Source: Thermoplasmatota archaeon (lineage in GTDB: Archaea > Thermoplasmatota > Penumbrarchaeia > JASLWR01). Taken from it: 64,000 bases of DNA. Location: positions 1,595 through 65,594 of the forward strand of contig JASLWR010000011.1 in the NCBI GenBank assembly GCA_030740765.1. Direction: 5' to 3'. A program made the position numbers and the translations under genes. The notes below the pieces were generated by a model. That model worked only from the letters and a program-made list of their open reading frames with translations. It had not been told where the DNA came from and did no database searches. Shown in pieces: positions 55,831 through 63,539 of the stretch. Position 1 is the stretch's first letter. Every line of letters starts with the position of its first letter.

Positions 55831-56040
55831 ACACACCTGTTGATACTCGGAACCTTCCTTCCAGGAACGTTCCCATCCCGGCCAACGCGTTAGTTGGCCG
55901 AGGGTGCAACAACGCCGCAGGCATACCTGCCGAGGATATAGATGAATCTCTGATTCATCGTGTACCTGAAAGGTGTTGCGTAACGAAGTATGCGCCAATA
56001 GGACTTGGATTTTCAAGTAAACAGTAGGTAGGGCGCAATA
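55831..56040 (+). promoter_or_regulatory. structured 210-nt leader of the SufS-like gene, containing the motif shared with the nadA leader
   Basis: Hairpins ggccaac-gcgtta-gttggcc (55880-55899), gcagg-cata-cctgc (55917-55930), and gatgaatc-tct-gattcatc (55941-55959). Direct GCCGAGG boxes at 55897-55903 and 55929-55935. ACACCU (55833-55838) can pair with AGGUGU (55971-55976) to close the domain. Confidence 0.4.
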
Positions 56041-57252
56041 ATGGATGTCGAAAAAGTCAGAAAAAGTTTTCCGTTGTTGAATAAAAAGATTGATGGGAAA
56101 CCGCCCATATATCTCGACAGCGCATGCGTTACTTTGATGCCACAACAGGTCATGGATGCCATGAATGATTATTATATCAACATGGGATCCTGCGGAGCTC
56201 GAAGCGTGCACAGATTGGGTGTGGACGTTACGAGAAAATGCGAAGAAGTCAGGGAAAAGATCAGACGATTTCTCAATGCTGAAGACAGAAACGAAATTAT
56301 TTTTGCTAAGAACTCCACGGAAGCCATCAACCTCGTGGCAAATTCCCTGACATTTGAAAATAATGATACAGTCATAACCACAGACAGAGAGCATAATTCC
56401 AACCAGGTAGTCTGGCAGAATTTTAGAAGATCAGGTAATATAAAACACCATCAAACAAGATCGAAAAAGGATGATACGTTCGATCTCGAGGGATTCAAAG
56501 AATTGTGTACTCGTAATGTCAAATTGGTAAGCGTGTACCATACGTCGAACCTGGACGGACATACTCTGCCCATAAAAGATATTACTGAGATAGCGCATGA
56601 GAACGGTGCTATGGTTATGCTTGACGCCGCTCAGTCCGCGGGTCACAAAGAGATAGACGTGAAGATGCTGGATGTTGACCTTCTGTGTTTTTCGTTTCAC
56701 AAGATGCTGGGGCCGAGCTTAGGCGTTCTTTATGGCCGCTCGGATGTGCTGGAGAGCCTGTCTCCGTTCATTGTGGGCGGAGGAACCGTTACGAAGGTAG
56801 AGAACGAAGCGATCGAATTCGAAAAACCTCCAAGAAAATTCGAAGGTGGACTCCAGAACTACGCCGGAATAATAGGTGGTGGAGCCGCTATCGATTATAT
56901 CGAAAACTTGGGACGGCAGAAAATCAGTGTATATGAGAATGCGCTGCGGGGATATGTTTCGAAAAGACTTGGCGACATTCACGGGATATCCTCCATCGGT
57001 GTTAATAAAGACGGCCAGGGAGGAGGTATATACAATTTCAATATCGAGGGGATGAACCCTCATGATGTTGCATTGTATCTGGACAGTTCGGCAAATATAA
57101 TGGTTCGTTCAGGTATGCATTGTCTGCACAGCTGGTACAATAAAAAAAAGATCGACGGGAGCGTACGTGCCTCCTTCTACCTCTACAATACAATGGACGA
57201 AGCGAAAATATTTGCGGAAAAGATAGAGGAACTATTGAAAGTAATGTGCTAA
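56041..57252 (+). CDS. class V PLP-dependent cysteine desulfurase-like enzyme (SufS/CsdA-like)
   Basis: YLDSACVTLMPQQV, TDREHNSN, LCFSFHKMLGPSLGVLYG (PLP-lysine region), RSGMHCLHSW (active-site Cys loop), RASFYLYNTMDEA. 403 aa. Confidence 0.85.
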   Translation: MDVEKVRKSFPLLNKKIDGKPPIYLDSACVTLMPQQVMDAMNDYYINMGSCGARSVHRLGVDVTRKCEEVREKIRRFLNAEDRNEIIFAKNSTEAINLVANSLTFENNDTVITTDREHNSNQVVWQNFRRSGNIKHHQTRSKKDDTFDLEGFKELCTRNVKLVSVYHTSNLDGHTLPIKDITEIAHENGAMVMLDAAQSAGHKEIDVKMLDVDLLCFSFHKMLGPSLGVLYGRSDVLESLSPFIVGGGTVTKVENEAIEFEKPPRKFEGGLQNYAGIIGGGAAIDYIENLGRQKISVYENALRGYVSKRLGDIHGISSIGVNKDGQGGGIYNFNIEGMNPHDVALYLDSSANIMVRSGMHCLHSWYNKKKIDGSVRASFYLYNTMDEAKIFAEKIEELLKVMC

Positions 57253-57253
57253 A

Positions 57254-57520
57254 ATGTGTTTCTATATTTTGGAGCTTTGCAGCTCAAAAGGTGCGTTCGA
57301 AGCAGTACCAAACACGAAAATGAAGCTTGAGCTGTCCGGCTTGGAAGGCAAATTCCGGGAGATAGAAACAAAAATAATCTGCAATGCAAGGGTTCTCCTC
57401 ATCATCGAGCAGTTCTGTGAAGTTACCATATATCCGGACGGAAAGCTCCTCCTGAAGACAGAATCGGAAAAAGAAGCTCGAAAAGCTGCCGAGTGGGTTT
57501 ACGGGGTCATATCGAGTTAG
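57254..57520 (+). CDS. small hypothetical protein translationally coupled to the SufS-like gene
   Basis: The ATG lies 1 nt after the SufS-like stop. The C-terminal pattern VTIYPDGKLLLKTESEKEARKAAEWVYGVI is alpha/beta-like. No family recognised. Ends in TAG. Confidence 0.45.
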   Translation: MCFYILELCSSKGAFEAVPNTKMKLELSGLEGKFREIETKIICNARVLLIIEQFCEVTIYPDGKLLLKTESEKEARKAAEWVYGVISS

Positions 57521-57653
57521 TTGGATGGTTATCTGTTATTGATTTTTTGGAAAAACCGCAGTACGGATAATAGACGTCTTTTCTTTGGAGATATCCTGAA
57601 ACGACCAGGGACTAATCTCAGTCCAGTTGGTTTATAACTGATCAACCGGGCAT

Positions 57654-57950
57654 TCATTTTCGGTATTTTCTCGATACCAGGATCACAACGCCCATGAGAA
57701 TAACGAGAGCCTCAATTCCCATGAATCCCGGGGAATCCGCTGAGGCATCATTACCGGTATCGTCCGTTTCAGCTTGTGTAACCGTCAGAGTGATATATTC
57801 GCCATTGACCTCATTTGGGTCATCGGTTATATCCCCGTCAGTCACCGTTATCTCAAGTTCATATTCACCTTCCGGTATCGTTGTTGCCACCGTTATAGTG
57901 CAGGTGAACTTTCGCCTATTTCCATCATCCATCGATCCGTCATCCGTCAT
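57654..57950 (-). pseudogene. 3' remnant of a PGF-CTERM (archaeosortase-sorted) surface protein gene
   Basis: The C-terminus ...TDDTGNDASADSPGFMGIEALVILMGVVILVSRKYRK has the Thr/Asp-rich linker, PGF, TM helix and basic tail of a PGF-CTERM signal. There is no signal peptide. Upstream coding continues in another frame (…STDIDKVSIDLTDLDEGNVKMTDDG*) and is cut off at about 58025. Confidence 0.6.
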
Positions 57951-57962
57951 CCGTCATCCGTC
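57935..57962. repeat. perfect heptanucleotide tandem repeat (ATCCGTC)x4, ATGACGG on the minus strand
   Basis: Read directly: atccgtc atccgtc atccgtc atccgtc at. On the minus strand each unit carries an ATG, so ATGs occur in all three frames. Confidence 0.95.
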
Positions 57963-58029
57963 ATTTTCACATTACCCTCATCGAGATCGGTCAGATCGAT
58001 GCTTACCTTATCGATATCGGTCGAAGACG

Positions 58030-58920
58030 CTTAAGAAGAAGCTGTTTGATGTTCCTCACCATCATTTTGTTATGGGAATGCCAGATCTACTTTGGCCTAT
58101 GTTATTGGAAAATCGAACACTTTGGAAAGTTATAATGGATGGAGCGATAAAAGCAATAAACGATGTATTGAGCCATTGTTTTCGAAGTCCAATTCAAGCT
58201 GGAGCAATTGTGGTGTTGCACCCTTTTGGAAGAGATATTGGATTCAAACCGCATGTACATGTGATATTGACGGAGGGGGGCTTCGATCGAAAGGGGAAAT
58301 TTAGGCCGAAGAAATTCATTCCCGCCCGCTCAATGCGAAGAACATGGCAATATCAGGTATTGACCCGGTTAAAATCAGCACTACCAAATACTCCCGAAAT
58401 GAGCAAATTCATCAATATGCTATTTAAGAAGTACAACGAGGGTTTCTATGTATATCTTCCAAAAGAAAGTAGGGTGAACAAACCTGGAAAGATTGCGCGA
58501 TATGTGGCAAGATACGTTCGCCATCCTGCAATTGCGAATTTTCGCTTGTATTACTATGATGGCGAAAAGGTGGTGTTTTGGTATCAAGATCACGATGGAA
58601 ATATGTTCTATGTCGATATGTTTGTTGAGGATTTTATATATTCGGTGATCGGGCATATCCCTGATAGACAGTTTTAAATGATTCGTCATTATGGTGCCTA
58701 CTGTCGGAAATGGTCCCGGAGATATAAGCATTATCTAGCTCATTCAAGTATAACTCAAGCGAAAATTGAGGATTTTGGTGATAATCGGCTCTTCCATTGT
58801 CCAAAATGCGGTTCTGTTATGGAAATGATGGGTTATTTTCCAAAGGGTCCGCCTGAGGAGTTGAGATATGGGGAGAAAATAACGGACTGGGAAGGAATAT
58901 GTGCAAGGGTAGGCAGTTAA
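58030..58920 (+). pseudogene. IS91-family (Y2/HUH rolling-circle) transposase, 5'-truncated and with an in-frame TAA
   Basis: LFDVPHHHFVMGMP..., AGAIVVLHPFGRDIGFKPHVHVILTEGGFD, IARYVARYVRHPAIANFRLYYYDGEKVVFWYQDHDG, then HIPDRQF-TAA(58675-58677)-MIRHYGAYCRK...FHCPKCGSVM in the same frame. The N-terminal Zn-binding domain is absent. Hairpin ccctca-tgaag-tgaggg at 58933-58949. Confidence 0.75.
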
Positions 58921-59089
58921 GGGTCTAAATTTCCCTCATGAAGTGAGGGCTTTCTTGTCACCCTGTACATTCATGTCTTTTTCTTTCGAAGAGGTTTAAT
59001 CATTACTATACTCAAACACTACTATGAGAATTTCAATGGAATCTCAAAGTCATACTTTATAATAGTTTTTAATTAATGCATAATATAAT

Positions 59090-59848
59090 TCATATTTTTA
59101 TATTTCCGTTGCTATAAATATTTAACCTTTTTCCCCTTAGGAAACCCACCAAACCCATATTGTATTTTCGCGCTATCCGCACGGAAGAATCGAGAACTGC
59201 GCTTCTCGAGACCACCACCGGTATCCTTGCCCGAAGGCATTTAAGACAGATGTCAGAGGTTATCCTACCGGTAACGAACAATATCTTATCATTAAGATCA
59301 ATACCTTGGACCAATAATTTTCCCACTACCTTATCCACGGCGTTATGTCGACCGATATCATATGCAAGTTCGATCAAATTGATATCCATGTCGAATAGGA
59401 ATGCATAATGAAAAGCCCCCGTTTGATTGAATTGCTCCGTTCGACCTTTTATACCGGAGTTGATCCTTAAAAGGTCCTCACCTGTTATAATAAATTCATT
59501 TTTGAATATTTTAAATCGGTCACCGCTTCGTTTTATCTCGGCTCCGCTCCCGCACTCGGTCCAGATAATATTATAGTTCCTTTTCATTAACGATTTTTTT
59601 ATCTCGAAATTCTTGATTCGAAGGGTAACATAGAGAACATCGTCCTTTTCCCATTCCCGGTATTCTTCCAAGTCATCCACCTTGAGGATAAAACCCTCTG
59701 TTAACATGTGACCTAAAACATAATAACGAATATCACCGGGAGAAATGATCGTATCGAAACTCAAGGTGTCATGGATTTCCACCCTGAGCATCCTCTCTTC
59801 TGCCAGGGTGTCTTCCACCGTCTCCGTGGTTCCATTGCGAAAACGCAA
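59090..59848 (-). CDS. fdhD: sulfurtransferase FdhD
   Basis: WTECGSGA (Cys loop), GAFHYAFLFD, DIGRHNAVDKVVGK, VTGRITSDICLKCLRARIPVVVSRSAVLDSSVRIARKYNMGLVGFLRGKRLNIY. Confidence 0.9.
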   Translation of the reverse strand: MRFRNGTTETVEDTLAEERMLRVEIHDTLSFDTIISPGDIRYYVLGHMLTEGFILKVDDLEEYREWEKDDVLYVTLRIKNFEIKKSLMKRNYNIIWTECGSGAEIKRSGDRFKIFKNEFIITGEDLLRINSGIKGRTEQFNQTGAFHYAFLFDMDINLIELAYDIGRHNAVDKVVGKLLVQGIDLNDKILFVTGRITSDICLKCLRARIPVVVSRSAVLDSSVRIARKYNMGLVGFLRGKRLNIYSNGNIKI

Positions 59849-59862
59849 TATTGAAATTTTTT

Positions 59863-60486
59863 TTATGAGATCACCAGGCTTTCCATCGATATATCCAGTA
59901 ACGAATCGATATCTATCTTTTTTTCCTCGGCTAATATTCTACCCAGTTCCGACCGGGTGGACGGTTTTTTTGGCACTATGGTGCAGCAGACACCCGCTCG
60001 AATTGATATTTTGTAAGTACCGATCTCCTTCGCTATATCTATAATCTCCACCTTGTCCAATCCTATGAGTGGGCGTAATATTGGGATTTTCACGGATTGG
60101 TTCTCCACCTTTATGTTTTCAATGGTCTGAGAGGCGACCTGTCCCAGAGATTCACCCGTGACTAGAGCGGAAGCCCCGGTCATCCCGGCGATCTTCTCGC
60201 CCACGCGCAGCATCATCCGTCTACAAAGAACGCACTGCTGGTGCCGGTTGCACGTGCTCGCAAAGGCTACTTGGTTTTCCTTGTGGGACACCAGATATTT
60301 TTTTATTTTACTTTTAGAAATTTTCTCGAGATGTTCTACCAATGCAATTGCTTTTCTAACTTCCTTGTCATCGGTAAAAGGGCGGTTATCAAGGTGCAGG
60401 GCGATCATTTCCACACCCTGTTTCAGCATCAGGTATATTGCCACCGGGGAATCAATGCCTCCCGAAACAAGGGATATCATTTTCAT
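59863..60486 (-). CDS. ThiI-like PP-loop sulfurtransferase, stand-alone AANH domain (no THUMP or rhodanese domain)
   Basis: LVSGGIDSPVAIYLMLKQG (PP-loop SGGxDS), CVLCRRMMLRVGEKIA, VTGESLGQVASQTIENI, PILRPLIGLDKVEIIDIAKEIGTY. Only 207 aa. Confidence 0.85.
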   Translation of the reverse strand: MKMISLVSGGIDSPVAIYLMLKQGVEMIALHLDNRPFTDDKEVRKAIALVEHLEKISKSKIKKYLVSHKENQVAFASTCNRHQQCVLCRRMMLRVGEKIAGMTGASALVTGESLGQVASQTIENIKVENQSVKIPILRPLIGLDKVEIIDIAKEIGTYKISIRAGVCCTIVPKKPSTRSELGRILAEEKKIDIDSLLDISMESLVIS

Positions 60487-60537
60487 AAATCATCACAACC
60501 CTACGATTAACAGAACCAGCATTAATCTTTTATAATT

Positions 60538-60891
60538 TTACCTGGTCTCTTCAATTATCCATTCTAGGTATTCATCCAGTCCATCAATGATGGAAATGAC
60601 GATGACGCACGGCAGTTCATAACTATGCAATTTACGTATGAGCTTTGTTGCAGCATCCGCATGATCTTTCGTCGTTTTTGCAATCATTACGCATTCGTCC
60701 GCCTCCTCCACATTCCCCTTCCATCGGTATATCGATCTCATTTTCGGCAATATATTCACGCATGCCGCAAGTTTTTCCCGAACAAGGGCCCCACCGATAC
60801 GCTTTGCCTCGGCTTCGTCTGCAGTAGTGGAATATAGAATTACCGTCAGAGCAGCATTTTGACGGAGATCAGGCTCAACGGATGGAAACAT
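60538..60891 (-). CDS. cutA: CutA divalent-cation tolerance protein
   Basis: VILYSTT....EAKRIG.ALVREKLAACVNILPKMRSIYRWKGNVEEADECVMIAKTT.......L...HSYELPCVIVISI..G...YLEWI is the canonical CutA1 pattern. Confidence 0.9.
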   Translation of the reverse strand: MFPSVEPDLRQNAALTVILYSTTADEAEAKRIGGALVREKLAACVNILPKMRSIYRWKGNVEEADECVMIAKTTKDHADAATKLIRKLHSYELPCVIVISIIDGLDEYLEWIIEETR

Positions 60892-60894
60892 TAC

Positions 60895-61824
60895 TCAATC
60901 TCCCCTGCCGATATCGACCATTTTCTCCAGAGGTAAGCGTGCGCGTTCGATTATATCCTGTGAGAGCTCGATCCGGGGCTCCAGTGTTTCAAGGCTATTC
61001 AACACATCCTCGAGCTTGATCTTTTTCATTGCCGTGCATATTGCATTTTCAACAGGCAGGAAGAACTTGTCAGGATTCTCCTTACCCAATCGATAGCTCA
61101 TCTCTCTCTCAGTCCCAAGGATGAATTTACGGGCCGACGAGTCCCTTGCATGCTGCATCATACCCTGTGTGGAATAAACGTGATCCGCCATATCGATAAC
61201 TGCGGGTTGGCATTCCGGGTGTACCATTATCTCAGCCGCGGGGTGTTTTTCTTTTAGTTCACGGATATCCTCCACATCAATATTTTGGTGAACGTGACAG
61301 TAACCACGCCAAAAGATGAATCGCTTTTCAGGAACGAATCTCTGGACATAAAGCCCCAGATTAACATCCGGTACGAAGATGATCTCTTTATTGGGAAGAC
61401 TCTTAACAACTCTTACCGCATTGGAAGAAGTGCAGCAGATATCGACTTCCGCCTTGACCTCTGCAGTGGTATTCACATAGGCCACCGTGGCAGCTTCCGG
61501 GTTGGCCCGCTGAAGTTCACGTAAGCTTTCAACGTCGATCATTGCGGCCATGGGGCATGACGCTCCCCTTACAGGATGAATTACTACCTTTCCAGGAGAC
61601 AGTATCTTTGCGCTTTCAGCCATGAAGTCGACGCCGCAGAAAACTATCACATCCGCGTTGGTCCCGGCGGCGATCTTGCTAAGATTCAAAGAATCTCCAA
61701 GATAATCTCCTACATCCTGGACCTCAGGTACCTGGTAATTGTGGGCGAGAATGATGGCATTCCTTTCCTTCTTCAACCGCTGTATCTTCTCGACAATTTT
61801 TTCCTTCGATGTTATTTCAATCAC
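60895..61824 (-). CDS. nadA: quinolinate synthase NadA
   Basis: Homology starts at ...KIVEKIQRLKKERNAIILAHNYQVPEVQDVGDYLGDSL, then FCGVDFMAESAKIL, ASCPMA, YVNTTAEVKAEVDICCTSSNA, VPDVNLG, WRGYCHVHQ, MVHPEC. The only in-frame start near the homology boundary is the GTG at 61824. The 154 upstream codons of the track ORF look non-coding. Confidence 0.9.
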   Translation of the reverse strand: MIEITSKEKIVEKIQRLKKERNAIILAHNYQVPEVQDVGDYLGDSLNLSKIAAGTNADVIVFCGVDFMAESAKILSPGKVVIHPVRGASCPMAAMIDVESLRELQRANPEAATVAYVNTTAEVKAEVDICCTSSNAVRVVKSLPNKEIIFVPDVNLGLYVQRFVPEKRFIFWRGYCHVHQNIDVEDIRELKEKHPAAEIMVHPECQPAVIDMADHVYSTQGMMQHARDSSARKFILGTEREMSYRLGKENPDKFFLPVENAICTAMKKIKLEDVLNSLETLEPRIELSQDIIERARLPLEKMVDIGRGD

Positions 61825-62320
61825 CCCTCGGGAACTACCCGGCGGTATATTGTCAAATGTGCGAACCTTGACAGAATGTCGAGGCCTTTCGAGTAATGAT
61901 TTGCCGATGCCCGTTGGCACTCTGCAAACTCCTTCGGACTTTGCTGCACCCTCGGCAGGTATGCCTACGGGTTTACGCCTCGGCAAATCCAGGTGTGTCT
62001 TCAAGGTACTGTCCTTGAAGGCGCAGCAGAGCCGTAGGGTCTGCGTAGTCGGACTGCACCTTGCAGGCAGGTCAGGTGTGCCGAAGGTACGCCGAGATGT
62101 AACGTGCGTCGTAAGATATGCCAGGACTCGTAAGGACTGGATGCATTGCATCAAAGGTTCGCACTTTTGACGATGTTTGCGGAATCGCAGCCTGTAGATT
62201 TTCGATGGAAATCGAAGGCTCAGGGCAATCTCCGATTGACCGGAGTGCAACGGGAGCCTTAAAAGGCCGATTCCGCTGAATACCAAATAATAATAAAAAT
62301 GTTTTTAAGCCGTTTACCTT
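61825..62320 (-). promoter_or_regulatory. ~495-nt GC-rich, hairpin-dense, stop-poor leader between iscS and nadA (candidate cis-regulatory RNA)
   Basis: Open in several frames on both strands, which gives spurious ORFs (the 463-aa extension on the minus strand and 61739-62170 on the plus strand). Perfect hairpins include cuucaagg-N6-ccuugaag (61999-62020), uucgau-N4-aucgaa (about 62200-62215), cuccg-N6-cggag, and guagg-caua-ccugc (61955-61968). It shares a roughly 40-nt motif with the SufS-like leader. Confidence 0.4.
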
Positions 62321-63505
62321 TTATTTTTTATTCCCCCAGAGCGGAGACATATTTCTTAATTTTGACACGATGTCGGGCAATACCTCGAGAAGGTAATCAA
62401 CCTCTTCCTCCGTATTCATGCGACCAAGGGTGAATCTCAATGAACCATGTGCCTCCGCCGGATCTATACCAATGGCTCGTAAGGCGTGGGAGGGTTCCAG
62501 CTTTTTTGAAGAGCAGGCAGAGCCCGTGGAAGCTGCAATACCCATATTATCAAGTAATAACAATAATGACTCTCCTTCAACAGCAGTGAACCTGAAGTGT
62601 GCATTGTTGGGCAGCCTTTTTACCGGATGGCCGTTTAGGAATGATTCCTTAATATTGTTCGAGATGCCCTTGATCAATTTGTCCCTGAGATTAAGTAGAT
62701 GTCTCGTTTCCTGCTTCATACGCGTGGTGGCAATCTCCGAAGCCTTGGCAAGACCAACGATACCCGGAACGTTCTCCGTACCTGATCTAAATCCCCGTTC
62801 GTGCCCCCCTCCGTGGACTATTGGCCCTATCTTCATTCCCTTCCTGACATATAACGCTCCCACGCCCTTTGGACCATATATTTTATGACCCGACAGCGAC
62901 AGGAGATCTATGTTTTCCCTCCTTACGTCAATAGGCACCTTGCCGAAGGCTTGAACCGCATCGGTGTGGAAAGCTACTCCCATTTCCCTGGTTATTTTAC
63001 CAATCTCTTCGATGGGTTCTATTGTGCCGATCTCATTATGTCCGTAGATTATCGAGCAGAGAAATGTACCTGCAGAAATGGACTCCTGAATCTGGTTTAC
63101 GTCTACAAAACCATATTGGTCCACTGGGAGATATTTCACTTTGAAACCCAGCGTCTGCAGATACTTGGCCGTATTGAAAACGGCAGGATGCTCAAAGGGA
63201 GTGGTTATGATATGCGGGCCTTTGGGATGTTCCTTGATAAATTTTTTTCGTTTCAGGGCAATACCCAGTAGCGCAATATTATCACTTTCGGTTCCCCCCG
63301 AAGTGAAAATAATTTCTTTTTTTTCAGCGTTCAAGCAAGCGGAAACTTTTTCCCTTGATTCCTCAAGTGCTACCCCCGCCTCCCTGCCAAATGTATGAAG
63401 TGAGGAAGAATTTCCGTAATAATATTTGTAAAAGGGCAACATTGCTTCGATAACTTCCGGATCGGGTGCCGTTGTTGCAGCGTTGTCTAAATATACGCGT
63501 CTCAT
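62321..63505 (-). CDS. iscS: cysteine desulfurase (IscS/NifS type)
   Basis: MRRVYLDNAATT, FTSGGTESDN, SLSGHKIYGPKGVGALYVRKG, RSGTENVPGIVGLAKA, ASTGSACSS (active-site Cys). The ATG at 63505 follows GGGAGAGGGAAC. The track start at 63601 is probably too far upstream. Confidence 0.9.
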   Translation of the reverse strand: MRRVYLDNAATTAPDPEVIEAMLPFYKYYYGNSSSLHTFGREAGVALEESREKVSACLNAEKKEIIFTSGGTESDNIALLGIALKRKKFIKEHPKGPHIITTPFEHPAVFNTAKYLQTLGFKVKYLPVDQYGFVDVNQIQESISAGTFLCSIIYGHNEIGTIEPIEEIGKITREMGVAFHTDAVQAFGKVPIDVRRENIDLLSLSGHKIYGPKGVGALYVRKGMKIGPIVHGGGHERGFRSGTENVPGIVGLAKASEIATTRMKQETRHLLNLRDKLIKGISNNIKESFLNGHPVKRLPNNAHFRFTAVEGESLLLLLDNMGIAASTGSACSSKKLEPSHALRAIGIDPAEAHGSLRFTLGRMNTEEEVDYLLEVLPDIVSKLRNMSPLWGNKK

Positions 63506-63539
63506 GTTCCCTCTCCCATAAAAAGATACGGTGCAATCA

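Noticed and set aside
55783-56394. 203-aa minus-strand ORF spanning leader A and the 5' end of the SufS-like gene
   Set aside because: It is antisense to a well-supported class V aminotransferase gene and to a structured leader. It has no motifs.
57694-58029. First ~110 codons of the 327-aa ORF 57694-58677
   Set aside because: This part is merely the antisense of the PGF-CTERM gene remnant. IS91-type homology begins only at about 58040.
62060-62100. SRP RNA helix-8-like string CAGGUCAGGUGUGCCGAAGGUACGCC on the plus strand of the nadA leader
   Set aside because: It resembles CAGGUCAGGUCCGGAAGGAAGCAGCC superficially. However, the loop has 3 nt rather than a GNAR tetraloop, and the conserved AGCA of the symmetric loop is missing. 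No Alu-domain counterpart is found in the correct order.
61825-62286. N-terminal 154 codons of the 463-aa ORF assigned to nadA
   Set aside because: NadA homology starts at about codon 155. The upstream peptide is Arg/Leu/Ser/Cys-rich nonsense. The opposite strand is also open and the region is packed with RNA hairpins. It is treated as a non-coding leader.
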